From a virus (Duplodnaviria; Caudoviricetes): a stretch of 64,000 bases of DNA. Made by a program: the position numbers and the translations under genes. Below the pieces are notes generated by a model. The model had not been told where the DNA came from and ran no database searches. It was given only the letters and a program-made list of their open reading frames with translations. The stretch is from the IMG/VR virus record IMGVR_UViG_3300036958_000333, positions 160,001 through 224,000 of that record; one strand, given 5' to 3'. Positions 19,591 to 29,647 of this stretch are shown here, piece after piece (positions within the stretch are counted from its first letter, which is position 1; each line of letters opens with the position of its first letter).

Positions 19591-21468
19591 TTAGCTTAAA
19601 TCTAAATTTCTCGAATCGAGAGATTTAGGAGCCATTGGGTTTTGAACAACTCCATTTTTCATAACATTAAAATCTTTATATTTATCCGGATTAAATAAAT
19701 CTAATTTATTAGGATCAAATTCTTTTTCTTTTAAAGAATATTTATCACTTAAAACATATGAGTACATCTCTTCGTCACCGATATACGAGTCTTTTGTAGA
19801 TTTTTTGGTTAATTTTTCATAATCATTTTTATCTAAATCTATATTGTCTCTAAAATGACAGGGTTCTTTGAATACCAATTGATTTAAAGTATAATCATTT
19901 TGGACTCTTGTTAATAAAGAACCAACAATATTTTTAACAAGATTTTCATTAAACGGATTAGATTTAATTCTACCAGCTATTTTACGATATTCTAAAATAA
20001 GCTGTTGAACTTCTTTATCTTTGATAATTTCTGTATTTTCAGCTTCTGATTCTAATATATCGGCAACTTTTTCTATAGTTTCATAAAGATTGTTTATGAC
20101 TTTAAATTGTTTATTTGCTCTATCATAAATATCTTCATAATATCTTGAAGAAATTTCTTCAAAAGCTTCATAATCATCATCAGAAACCTCTTCGTCTAAT
20201 GAAACAACTTCGTCAATAGCACAATATTTTGCAATATCATAAGCCTGATCATTATATATTTTGTGAGCTAATTTTCTTAAACCAATAGCAATATCTTCGC
20301 ATAAATAAAAATCATACCCACTTTCTCCTCTAGATTCTAATATTCTAGAAATCATTGAAGATAATTCATCTTTGGATACATATATAATTTCTGGATTTTC
20401 AGCAACAATATCAATCAATGCCTCTTCTATTGCCTCTCCATCACCCATATTGTTATCTCTTTTAATTTGAACTATTTTATCCGAAAAATCAGAGTCTTTT
20501 TCTTTTTTTGAAAACTTATTTCTTGCAGCATGAACTTTAACGCGATGTTTTTTAGACTTAACACCCATTGATTTCTTTTTATTATCTTTATCTTTTGTAT
20601 CTACCTCTACTTCATCTATTTCTTCATCCTCATCTTTATCTTCGTCATCTTCGTCATCTTCGTCTTCATCATCTTTGTCATCTTCATCTTCATCATCTTT
20701 GTCATCTTCATCTTCAATATCATCATCTATATCTTCATTTTCATCATCGTTATATTTGTCTTTTTTATTTTTTTTCTTTATTTTTACGTCTTCAACCTCG
20801 TCTTTTCCGACAATTTCGTCCGTATCTTTTAATGCTTCGATTAAATATTTCATCGAAGATATATAATTTGGAAGTTGATGGGCGTATTCCTCTAAACAAG
20901 GATCAACTGCTTTTAATGTCATTAATTCATCAGACGTAGATGTTAAAGATCCATATCTTCCATCTGATTTTCTAGATGATCTAATTTTTCCTTGTCTTTC
21001 TTGGTCTTCTTCATCTGCATTAAAACATCCACTATCTCCTGGAGCATGTCCTGTTTTTGCAGCTTTCTTTTTAACCATTTCTGTTATCGGAAATTTATAC
21101 ATTAGTTCTTCCCAACTTTCATTTGCAGATTCATTATCATCATTTTGAAGAGAGTTTATCATATTCTTTAAAATTTTCTTTCTTGATTTCTGTTTTGAAG
21201 ATTCGTCTAATATTATTTTCTCAAAATTATTAAATTTAATAGTATCATTTTCTGTAAATCTATAACGAGCTTTTAAGAAAATATTAGGATTATCTTCTGA
21301 AGCAAATACAACATAGTCATCATTAATATTTTCAACTTTAAGTTTCTTTTTAAAAGCTTTTCGAAGTTTATTACTAGCTTTACAAATCTCGTCTCTAATA
21401 TTATCATGTGACCTTTTTCGAATTGCTTCAAATGTTTCTTGTCCTATTTTTCTAGTTTTCATCAACAT
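19591..21468 (-). CDS. Large acidic protein, probable prohead core component
   Basis: Upstream of gp21 in same operon; long D/E tract with duplicated DEDDKDDE unit; RBS spacing favours ATG at 21462. Confidence 0.55.
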   Translation of the reverse strand: MLMKTRKIGQETFEAIRKRSHDNIRDEICKASNKLRKAFKKKLKVENINDDYVVFASEDNPNIFLKARYRFTENDTIKFNNFEKIILDESSKQKSRKKILKNMINSLQNDDNESANESWEELMYKFPITEMVKKKAAKTGHAPGDSGCFNADEEDQERQGKIRSSRKSDGRYGSLTSTSDELMTLKAVDPCLEEYAHQLPNYISSMKYLIEALKDTDEIVGKDEVEDVKIKKKNKKDKYNDDENEDIDDDIEDEDDKDDEDEDDKDDEDEDDEDDEDKDEDEEIDEVEVDTKDKDNKKKSMGVKSKKHRVKVHAARNKFSKKEKDSDFSDKIVQIKRDNNMGDGEAIEEALIDIVAENPEIIYVSKDELSSMISRILESRGESGYDFYLCEDIAIGLRKLAHKIYNDQAYDIAKYCAIDEVVSLDEEVSDDDYEAFEEISSRYYEDIYDRANKQFKVINNLYETIEKVADILESEAENTEIIKDKEVQQLILEYRKIAGRIKSNPFNENLVKNIVGSLLTRVQNDYTLNQLVFKEPCHFRDNIDLDKNDYEKLTKKSTKDSYIGDEEMYSYVLSDKYSLKEKEFDPNKLDLFNPDKYKDFNVMKNGVVQNPMAPKSLDSRNLDLS

Positions 21469-21596
21469 TCTCCTTATACTAATCTAATATTTGAATTTAT
21501 ATACAATTCTTATATACATTATCTTTAGTAGCTATATATTAAATATTATCAACATTTTTTAAAAATATTTTATAAATTTTATGTATATAAATTTAA

Positions 21597-22115
21597 ATGA
21601 AAGAATTTATTGATTACATGAATACAAATAATGAAGAAAAAAGCAAAGAAAACGATTATAGCAACTCAGAATTATAAGAATTATGTTTAAAAGCAGTTAA
21701 ATCTTTTGGATGTTCACTTATGTTTATTCCTGAAGATTATCCTTCTGAAAAAGTACAATTTGCTGCTGTTAAACAAGAAGGAGCATATATATCATATATT
21801 AATAATCCAACAAAATATGTACAACATGAAGCAGTACGTCAAAATATTGATAATATATTTTATATAAAAAATCCTGATCCAAATGTTGTATTTTATTGTA
21901 TGGCTTCTGATCCAGAATTATTAAAAAATGAAAAAGAAAGAAGAGAAAAAATTCCATTCTATAAAGACCTTCCAGAAAATTATTTTCAAGATTTATCATT
22001 GGAAGTTCAGAAAATGTTAGTAAAATATGATGTAGCATTTACATTAATAATACCAAATTTACATCCTAAATTAAAAACTAAACTAACTAATGTTAGAAAC
22101 ATAGGATTGATTTAA
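21597..22115 (+). pseudogene. DUF4116-like repeat protein interrupted by in-frame TAA at 21675-21677
   Basis: MKEFIDYMN...SEL*ELCLKAVK... is in frame with ORF 21720..22115 (PSEKVQFAAVKQ repeats). Confidence 0.6.
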
Positions 22116-22197
22116 TAAAAAACTATATCAATCTATTTAAATTTTTCCTATTATATACATATATAAATATTATTATATTGTTTTCTAAGGAAAATTT

Positions 22198-25100
22198 ATG
22201 AAACCATGGGAAAAATTATTTGATATTTTTAGTTCTGTATTTTCAAGAGATCTTTCTAAAGAAATACCTAGTCCATCATCACTCTCTGGAGCGGGAATAG
22301 GACAAGCCGACTCAGTAGGATCATCTGAATACCTTGAAGGCGGATCAACATTCAACCACTCCATAGAACTAACAGACCTAAATGACTTCCTAGAAGTTGG
22401 AGAACATACAGATAGAAAAGCTAGATATCTAGAATATGACAGAATGGAAAATATACCAGAAATATCATCTAGTCTAGACACTTATGCAGATGAAATAACA
22501 GTCCCAGATGTAAATGGAAAAATATTTGATGTAAAAACACCAAACAACGGAATAAAAAAAGAATTAGAATGGCTATTCAATAATATGCTACACCTTGACG
22601 ATGGAACACTATGGTCATGGGCTAGAAATATATGCAAAAATGGAGATATATTTCTTGAAATAATTATAAACAGCGAACACCCAGAATATGGAATACAAAA
22701 AATAATGGAACTACCTCCTGAAACTATGTACAGAATTGAAACAGTCAGAGGAAGACTAATCGAATTCCAACAATCATATCTTGGACCAGATTACCAAGCC
22801 GTAGTAAATGATATAAAATCTAATAACCAAGAAAATAAACAACAAACAATTAATATTCCAACATTTGCATATATGACAACAACCGGAGAATTCCCAACAT
22901 CTAATACCATAAGATTCACCCCACAACAAATAATACATATGAAAATAGGAAATAAAAGAAGAGGCTTTTACCCATATGGAATATCAATACTATATGCCGG
23001 AAGAAGAATAGCGCATCTACTAAAACTAATGGAAGATGCTATGGTAATATACAGATTAACTAGATCAACAGAAAGAAGAATATTCTACATAGATATTGGA
23101 ACATTACAACCTAATAAAGGCGAAGCGGTAATAGAAAGAATAAAAGATAAAATAAAAAAGAAAAAAATATACAACAGACATACAGGACAAATAGATGAAC
23201 GTTATAACCCGTGGGCGCTTGATGAGGATTTCTTTATTCCAACTAGACCAGAATCAAATACAAGAGTTGAAACTTTACCGGGAGCATGTTTGTCATTAGA
23301 TACAAACATTCCATTGTTAGATGGTAGAGTTTTAAAATTAAAAGATATAATTGATGAATATAATAATAGAAAACAAAACTGGGTTTATAGTTGTAATCCA
23401 TCAAATGGTGATATTGTTCCAGGTTTAATTAGTTGGGCTGGTATTACAAGAAAAAATACAAATGTTGTTAAAATTATATTTGATAATAATGAAGAATTAA
23501 TTTGTACACCAGATCATAAATTTCCAATTATTGGAAAAGGAAAAGTTCAAGCAAAAGATTTGGTTATAGGTGAAAGCATAATTCCATTTTATACAAGAAA
23601 GTGTTCTACTGGACACAAAAGAGATTATATTCAAGTATACAATAATTATACGAAAAGATGGAAATTCGTTCATAGATTAGTGGCTGAATATTTTAAAAAC
23701 ACAGATCTTTATAATGAATTTTTATTTAATGAACAATATAAAGAAAATAAAAAAGGATTAGTTCATCATAAAGATTATAATAGATATAATAATAATCCAG
23801 ATAATTTATATTGGATGAATTTACAAGATCATTCTGATTTTCATTCAACTAATTATTATTCTAAAGATTTAAAAGTAAAAATGCATAATGGTCTTAAAAA
23901 ATATTTTAAAAATTTAACAAAAGAACAAAGAGAAATAAAAAGAATTATTTCTTATAAAAATATATTAATTGGTTTAAATAAATATTTACATAGATTAAAA
24001 TCAGATAAAAATTATTCAGAATATTGTATAGAAAGAAGAAAAGAAGGTTTTAAAAAATCAAAAATATTAAATCCAGAAAAATGGGAAAAAAGAAGCAAAC
24101 AACTATCTGAGCTCAATAAAAAAAGATTTTCAAATCCAGAATTTAAAAAAATGATAAAAGAAAAAGTATCTTTAAAATTTGATTATAAATTATTAAAAAC
24201 AGTTGTCGATATATTTAATAAAAGATATAATATAACACAAGTAATAAATAGTTTAAATAAAAACAAAGAATTTATAAATCATTTTATTGAATTAAATAAA
24301 CATATAGTTAGGTCTAACTTTAAAGAGTGTGTAAAGTCAAAAGGTTTTACTGCAAACCATTTAAATAAAATGTTAATTTATTTTGGATATAAAAATACAA
24401 AACATTTTATTAAAGAACATAAATATCTAAATCATAGAATTGTAAAAATCGAATATTTAAATGAAAAAATGGATACTGGAACATTAACAATTGATGTTAA
24501 TGAAAAATATCATAATTTTCATACATTTGCAATTAATAATATTGGATTTGTATACAATTCGAATCTTGATCAGATAGATGATACAAAGTACTTTCGTGAG
24601 AAATTGATGGTTGCCCTGAAGTTGCCGAAAAATTATTTATTTCAGGAAGAGGTTTCAATTACAAGAACAAATTTTGCTACACAGGATATGCGTTTTGCTA
24701 GGGCTATTTATCGTGTTCAAAAGGTTTTGTCATATGGTTTGCGACAGATAGCAATAAGACATTTAACATTAAAAGGATATCCTGATAGTGATATTAAAGA
24801 TATAAAGATAGATTTTACATCTCCATCTGATTGGTTAGAATTATCAAGGGCAGAGTTGTTAAGTAGTAGATATAATTTGGCATCTTCTATAAAGGGTTCA
24901 ATGATTTATGATGATTTTACAATATTGACAAAATTGTTAAATCATACTGACGAGGAAGCTCGTGAAATTATAGATAGAATAGAGGCTCAACAATTAAGAA
25001 TGCAGGAAATTCAGGCTCAGGGTCAAATATTTGCTCAACTAGCTACGGCAGAGGCTCAGAATCCTTATGCAGAGCCTAGCCAAGAACCTGAACAAACTCC

Positions 25101-25287
25101 TCCAGAAAATATTAATCCTTCTGATATAATAGAAAAGAGCCCAGAGGAAGAAAAGTCTACCAGTGTTCCTGAAAAAGAAGGTAGTGTTAAAAAGCCAACT
25201 CGTAGTAAAAAGAAATTAAAAAGATATGTTGATTTTTCAGATTTAGAAGCTGATGAAGAAGAAACAGATATCAACTACGATTTATAA
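22198..25287 (+). CDS. gp20: Portal protein, T4 gp20-like, intein-containing
   Basis: YDRME.PEISSSLD, LKLMEDAMVIYRLTR, ERRIFYIDIG, EDFFIPTR, ETLPG, YFREKL..ALK.P. Confidence 0.95.
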   Translation: MKPWEKLFDIFSSVFSRDLSKEIPSPSSLSGAGIGQADSVGSSEYLEGGSTFNHSIELTDLNDFLEVGEHTDRKARYLEYDRMENIPEISSSLDTYADEITVPDVNGKIFDVKTPNNGIKKELEWLFNNMLHLDDGTLWSWARNICKNGDIFLEIIINSEHPEYGIQKIMELPPETMYRIETVRGRLIEFQQSYLGPDYQAVVNDIKSNNQENKQQTINIPTFAYMTTTGEFPTSNTIRFTPQQIIHMKIGNKRRGFYPYGISILYAGRRIAHLLKLMEDAMVIYRLTRSTERRIFYIDIGTLQPNKGEAVIERIKDKIKKKKIYNRHTGQIDERYNPWALDEDFFIPTRPESNTRVETLPGACLSLDTNIPLLDGRVLKLKDIIDEYNNRKQNWVYSCNPSNGDIVPGLISWAGITRKNTNVVKIIFDNNEELICTPDHKFPIIGKGKVQAKDLVIGESIIPFYTRKCSTGHKRDYIQVYNNYTKRWKFVHRLVAEYFKNTDLYNEFLFNEQYKENKKGLVHHKDYNRYNNNPDNLYWMNLQDHSDFHSTNYYSKDLKVKMHNGLKKYFKNLTKEQREIKRIISYKNILIGLNKYLHRLKSDKNYSEYCIERRKEGFKKSKILNPEKWEKRSKQLSELNKKRFSNPEFKKMIKEKVSLKFDYKLLKTVVDIFNKRYNITQVINSLNKNKEFINHFIELNKHIVRSNFKECVKSKGFTANHLNKMLIYFGYKNTKHFIKEHKYLNHRIVKIEYLNEKMDTGTLTIDVNEKYHNFHTFAINNIGFVYNSNLDQIDDTKYFREKLMVALKLPKNYLFQEEVSITRTNFATQDMRFARAIYRVQKVLSYGLRQIAIRHLTLKGYPDSDIKDIKIDFTSPSDWLELSRAELLSSRYNLASSIKGSMIYDDFTILTKLLNHTDEEAREIIDRIEAQQLRMQEIQAQGQIFAQLATAEAQNPYAEPSQEPEQTPPENINPSDIIEKSPEEEKSTSVPEKEGSVKKPTRSKKKLKRYVDFSDLEADEEETDINYDL
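23287..24558 (+). mobile_element. Intein (424 aa) with HNH homing endonuclease in portal
   Basis: PGA|CLSLDT start, CTPDHKF block B, VHRLVA...VHHKDYNRYNNNPDNL HNH, ends FVYN|S. Confidence 0.92.
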
Positions 25288-25375
25288 AATTAGAAAAAGT
25301 TTATTAAAATAATTAAAAAAAATTAAAGGCGATTATAGAATTGTTTTAATAAATTATATTGTAGAGGAAAATTTC

Positions 25376-25930
25376 ATGAAAAATAATGATATAAAAATAG
25401 ATTTTAGTATAAACATTGATGGAGAAACATTAAAAAATGAAATTAGTATTTTTAAACCTTATGTAAAAACAAAGGAATATTATAATAATTTTTTTAGTGC
25501 TTCTATGAAATATATTGTTAATATTGTTTATACTAAAAAAATAGATTACAATAATTTAATGTTATTTATAGAAAATATATTATTGCCAAATGGAGAATTT
25601 GATATAAAAGTTTATGACTCAAATGACAATAATATTTTAAATATTATATGTAACGAAAGTGAAATTTATAATTATGGATATTATATTAATACATATATTT
25701 CTTATAGGATTAATATTAAAAATCAAGATATGATCAACTCATTAAATTGTAAAGAGGAAGCTTTTCTATCAAATATTAATACTTTTATAGAAAAAATAAA
25801 GAATAGCATAATATTTAACGAAATAAAAAACAAATTAATATATTTTTTAGATAAAGAAATTATCACAAAAGCAATAAAAATAAATCCAGATAACTTACAA
25901 ATAATAAAAAAATTAAATATAAAATATTAA
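25376..25930 (+). CDS. Hypothetical protein
   Basis: 184 aa ORF, GAGG RBS. Confidence 0.5.
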   Translation: MKNNDIKIDFSINIDGETLKNEISIFKPYVKTKEYYNNFFSASMKYIVNIVYTKKIDYNNLMLFIENILLPNGEFDIKVYDSNDNNILNIICNESEIYNYGYYINTYISYRINIKNQDMINSLNCKEEAFLSNINTFIEKIKNSIIFNEIKNKLIYFLDKEIITKAIKINPDNLQIIKKLNIKY

Positions 25931-25937
25931 AATAAAG

Positions 25938-26669
25938 TTAATATAAGTTTATTATATATTTTCCTGGTTCTTTTTGTATATATGTTTCTTCTATATAAAG
26001 ATATTCAAAATCATTATTAAAAAATTTATCTAAATTATATTGTTTTTCATTTAATTCATTTATTATTTTAATTGTTTTTAATTTTTTATTAATTATAAAT
26101 TTAGTACTTTTTTCTTTTTCTATTTTAAAAAAAGGTAAATTTTGTCTAAACTGCTTGTCGAATCTATTATTTTTAAATTCATCGAGAAAAACATTACAAT
26201 GATTATCAAAAAAAAATAAAGTTAAACTATAATAATCGTTTCCCCTAGTTGTTATATTAGTATATTCTTTTTGCATAAAAAACGATATTTGACTAGGTTT
26301 TATACATGTAATATCAAATTCTACTTGTTCTTTATTTAAATGTATAGAAAAAGGAATATTATTTTGTTTATTTATAATTTTAAATTTCTCTGAATTATTA
26401 ATATCAAAATTATCTGAAGAGTTTATAATCAAAACACTATCATTATCAGAAACCAAATCAAATAATATAAATTCTTCTATTAACTTATCATCAACAAACC
26501 AATCTATAAAAAAATCATGATGTTTTTTTACTTTTATAACATGTTTTCCAGGACTAACAGATACACTTTTATATTTTGAATCTATTGATAGATGTATAAT
26601 ATTTGTATTTTCTATTTCACAAAATCTTTCGCAATCATTGTTTAAATTATCTATAATAATATTTTTCAT
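25938..26669 (-). CDS. Hypothetical protein
   Basis: 243 aa ORF. Confidence 0.5.
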   Translation of the reverse strand: MKNIIIDNLNNDCERFCEIENTNIIHLSIDSKYKSVSVSPGKHVIKVKKHHDFFIDWFVDDKLIEEFILFDLVSDNDSVLIINSSDNFDINNSEKFKIINKQNNIPFSIHLNKEQVEFDITCIKPSQISFFMQKEYTNITTRGNDYYSLTLFFFDNHCNVFLDEFKNNRFDKQFRQNLPFFKIEKEKSTKFIINKKLKTIKIINELNEKQYNLDKFFNNDFEYLYIEETYIQKEPGKYIINLY

Positions 26670-26717
26670 ATGTTTCTATTATATATAATAGAAAATAATA
26701 AGGAAAAATAATAAAAA

Positions 26718-26978
26718 ATGCCAATATATGATCATAAATGTAAAAAATGCAATAAGATATCTGAACATCTTTATTCTAATAGTAAAGATATAGAAAAAGA
26801 ACCTATTTTATGTCCTTTTTGTAATGAAATAACGGAAAGAATTATAAGCAATGTTCACTTTGGGTGGGAAAGAAAAATATATAAAACATTTGTAAAAGCC
26901 GAAGATGAAAGAGCCGAAGCCGAACAAAAAGATCATATGGGAAAAAATCCGTACAGTCTATTTCAAGACGAACAATAA
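26718..26978 (+). CDS. FmdB-family zinc ribbon protein
   Basis: MPIYDHKCKKC...CPFC...ERIIS. Confidence 0.85.
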   Translation: MPIYDHKCKKCNKISEHLYSNSKDIEKEPILCPFCNEITERIISNVHFGWERKIYKTFVKAEDERAEAEQKDHMGKNPYSLFQDEQ

Positions 26979-26983
26979 TATTT

Positions 26984-26989
26984 AAGCGA
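26984..26989 (+). promoter_or_regulatory. Representative copy of recurring AAG(G)CGA upstream motif
   Basis: Same motif about 27-57 nt upstream of eight genes (see findings). Confidence 0.45.
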
Positions 26990-27039
26990 AAAAAAAATAA
27001 ACTTTTTAATTATAAAAATATTAATAAAGGAGAATTTAT

Positions 27040-27681
27040 ATGTATTGGGGTGATTTATCAAATACGAAAAGAGAAATGTTATTAAATGAAAAAATTATTT
27101 CCCCAGAAAAAGTTCATAAACCAAAAGCTGAAATATTTAAAGAACCATCTTATGTCGAGGTTGTAAACAACAGAGTATATTTTTATTCATATGTTGGGTC
27201 ATCAGAAATATTACAATTAAATAGAAGAATAACAGAATTAAATAATAATTTATTAGTAGATGCAATTACACAGAGTAGGGAGCCGGCATCTATATTTTTA
27301 CATGTACACAGTTTTGGAGGATCTATATTTTCTGGTTTATGTGGAATGGATGAAATTAAAAACTCTAAAGTTCCTATAGTAACAATAGTTGACGGATGCT
27401 GTGCAAGTGCAGCAACATTTTTAACGGTAGTTGGTAAAAAAAGACTAATATATGAAAATAGTTTTATGTTAATACATCAATTATCTACTTTTTTCTGGGG
27501 AAAATTTGACGAGATGCAAGACGAGCATGAAAACTGTACTGTTTTAATGGAAACAATAAAAAGAATAATGGATAAATATACCAAAATACCTTCTAAAAAA
27601 ATAAATGAAATATTAAAACACGATTTATGGTTTGATTCTAAAAAATGTTTAGAATATGGTTTAGTTGACGAAATAATATAA
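27040..27681 (+). CDS. clpP: ClpP-like protease subunit
   Basis: HSFGGSIF, GCCASAAT (Ser), MLIHQ (His), HDLWF (Asp), EYGLVDEI. Confidence 0.88.
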   Translation: MYWGDLSNTKREMLLNEKIISPEKVHKPKAEIFKEPSYVEVVNNRVYFYSYVGSSEILQLNRRITELNNNLLVDAITQSREPASIFLHVHSFGGSIFSGLCGMDEIKNSKVPIVTIVDGCCASAATFLTVVGKKRLIYENSFMLIHQLSTFFWGKFDEMQDEHENCTVLMETIKRIMDKYTKIPSKKINEILKHDLWFDSKKCLEYGLVDEII

Positions 27682-27693
27682 AGAGAGATTTTT

Positions 27694-28527
27694 ATGAAAC
27701 ACGAAGAAGAACAATATTTAGAATTATTAAATCTTGTTTTGAATAAAGGAAAGAAAAGAAAAGATAGAACTGGTGTTGGAACAATATCTTTATTTAGTCC
27801 TCCAGATCAAATTTATGATTTGTCTAATGGAGATTTTCCATTATTTACGACTAAAAAAATGTATTTTAATGGTGTTAAAGCAGAAACATTATGGTATCTT
27901 AAAGGCGATGATAATATAAAATTTTTAAAAGATAATAAATGTAATATATGGAACGATTGGGCGGACAAAGACGGAAATTTGGGTCCTTTATATCCGGTTC
28001 AATTTTGCGATGTTCACGAATATGATAGAAAAAAACAATCTATAACAGGAAAAACCATTAATCAGGTTAAAAATTGTATAAATTTAATTAAAAACTTTCC
28101 AAACAGCAGAAGAATTCTTATAAATTTATATAATGTTCAAGAAATTAATTTTATGGCATTACATCCTTGTCATTATGCTTATAACTTTTATGTAGACGAA
28201 GACTATTTAAATTTAAAAGTTATAATTAGAAGTAACGATTTGGCATTAGGGCATCCATTTAATGTTGCATTTGCATCATTATTTTTATCAATGATTTGTC
28301 AATGTACTGATAAGAAACCTGGAAAATTAGTTATAGATATATGTGATGCTCATATATATTTAAACCATATTGATAAAGTTAAAGAACAAATAAAGAGAAA
28401 ACCATTTAATTTTCCAAAATTATCATTAAATAAAAATATAAAAGATATATTTGAATTTAAAATGGACGATATTTCTATATTTGATTATAAACATCATGAT
28501 ACAATAAAATTTGACATAGCTGTATAA
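27694..28527 (+). CDS. thyA: Thymidylate synthase
   Basis: DRTGVGT, FPLFTTKK, IWNDWAD, ALHPCH, RSNDLALGHPFN, DAHIYLNH. Confidence 0.97.
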   Translation: MKHEEEQYLELLNLVLNKGKKRKDRTGVGTISLFSPPDQIYDLSNGDFPLFTTKKMYFNGVKAETLWYLKGDDNIKFLKDNKCNIWNDWADKDGNLGPLYPVQFCDVHEYDRKKQSITGKTINQVKNCINLIKNFPNSRRILINLYNVQEINFMALHPCHYAYNFYVDEDYLNLKVIIRSNDLALGHPFNVAFASLFLSMICQCTDKKPGKLVIDICDAHIYLNHIDKVKEQIKRKPFNFPKLSLNKNIKDIFEFKMDDISIFDYKHHDTIKFDIAV

Positions 28528-28537
28528 ATAATAATAT

Positions 28538-28878
28538 GGGGGTGAATTAGAATCGACTAAGTTGTTAAAAAAACAATTGCAAGCGGAGCATGTTTTAATA
28601 TCTCCTTAAACTATAAAACAAAAAATAAATGCAAATAATTTTGCTTTAGCTGCTTAGTTGTAGCGATTTTTAATAATATTCTTGTATTTATTAAAAATTT
28701 CACTTATTCGAGATAGTTATATAAAATTATTGTAATTATATAATGAATCTAACAATATAGTTTATATAAAGTTTTTTATTTTTCTTATATAAATTAAATT
28801 AAAAAATAAAAAAGCTTGTAGTATATTGTTTTCTAAACAATTTAGGACGAGAGGAGCATTACCTCTCCACCTCCACCA
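28538..28878 (+). ncRNA. ssrA: tmRNA, tag peptide (A)ANNFALAA
   Basis: 5' GGGGGTG pairs with CACCTCC-A-CCA including G3.U70; TCGAC near 5' end; tag ORF 28631-28657; T-arm GAGAGG-AGCATTA-CCTCTC. Confidence 0.93.
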
Positions 28879-28917
28879 TTTTTTAAACAAAAAATAAAAA
28901 AAACAACAAATAACAAT

Positions 28918-29625
28918 ATGATTAGATTAGTTAAATTTATTGATTATATTAATGAACAAATTAATTTTAGCAAAGCATATTATCACGGAACACCAACAAA
29001 ATATAATTATGAAAATATCAAAAAAAATGGATTAATTCCAAGAGGGTTTAAAGAATATACAAAAAAATATATTGAACATAATAATTATTCTATGATGCCA
29101 TCAACATATGTATTATATCTTACAAAAGATATTTGGCAGGCAGCAAGATATAGTTTTATAAGCGATGACGAAGAATATAATGTATTTAAAGAAAAAGAAC
29201 CATATGGATATATTTTAGAATTTTCACCAGAAGGTTTTGGAAAAATATATGTTGATGAAGATTTACTTGAACATATATTAAGAAATATAATTATATATCC
29301 TGACGGAGAATATGCACAAAAATATCCGTTTTTAATTAATAAAATTAATAGATTTGATGTAAAAAAAATAAAAACGAATAAGGAATTACAAGGAATTGTA
29401 AAAAATATATCAAACTTATTAACAGAAAAACAAGTAGAAGAAATATTAAATAATGAAGATTCAAGAGAAATAGTTTCTAGATATAAAACCTTATTTCCAG
29501 TTCATGGTTATAGGATAAAAAACCAGATGTTAAATTTTTTAAAACAAAAGAAGAATATCAACAGTATACGGAAGAAAATATTGAATCGTTGTTTTAAATT
29601 AAAAAATAATAAGCGTAAATTTTAA
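28918..29625 (+). CDS. Putative ADP-ribosyltransferase-fold protein with capsid-targeting-like N-terminus
   Basis: YYHGT...IKKNGL...LYLT..AARYS...YILE; N-terminus KFIDYINE. Confidence 0.5.
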   Translation: MIRLVKFIDYINEQINFSKAYYHGTPTKYNYENIKKNGLIPRGFKEYTKKYIEHNNYSMMPSTYVLYLTKDIWQAARYSFISDDEEYNVFKEKEPYGYILEFSPEGFGKIYVDEDLLEHILRNIIIYPDGEYAQKYPFLINKINRFDVKKIKTNKELQGIVKNISNLLTEKQVEEILNNEDSREIVSRYKTLFPVHGYRIKNQMLNFLKQKKNINSIRKKILNRCFKLKNNKRKF

Positions 29626-29647
29626 TATGTAATAAATAGGTGATAAA

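Noticed and set aside
20568-20939. His/Leu-rich and Ser-rich plus-strand ORFs (20568..20939, 20675..20866)
   Set aside because: Antisense shadows of the Asp/Glu codon tract in 19591..21468
21497-22160. TTATATACA copies as DnaA boxes, or TATATAA as the late promoter
   Set aside because: Mismatch to the DnaA consensus and too likely by chance at this AT content to call without statistics
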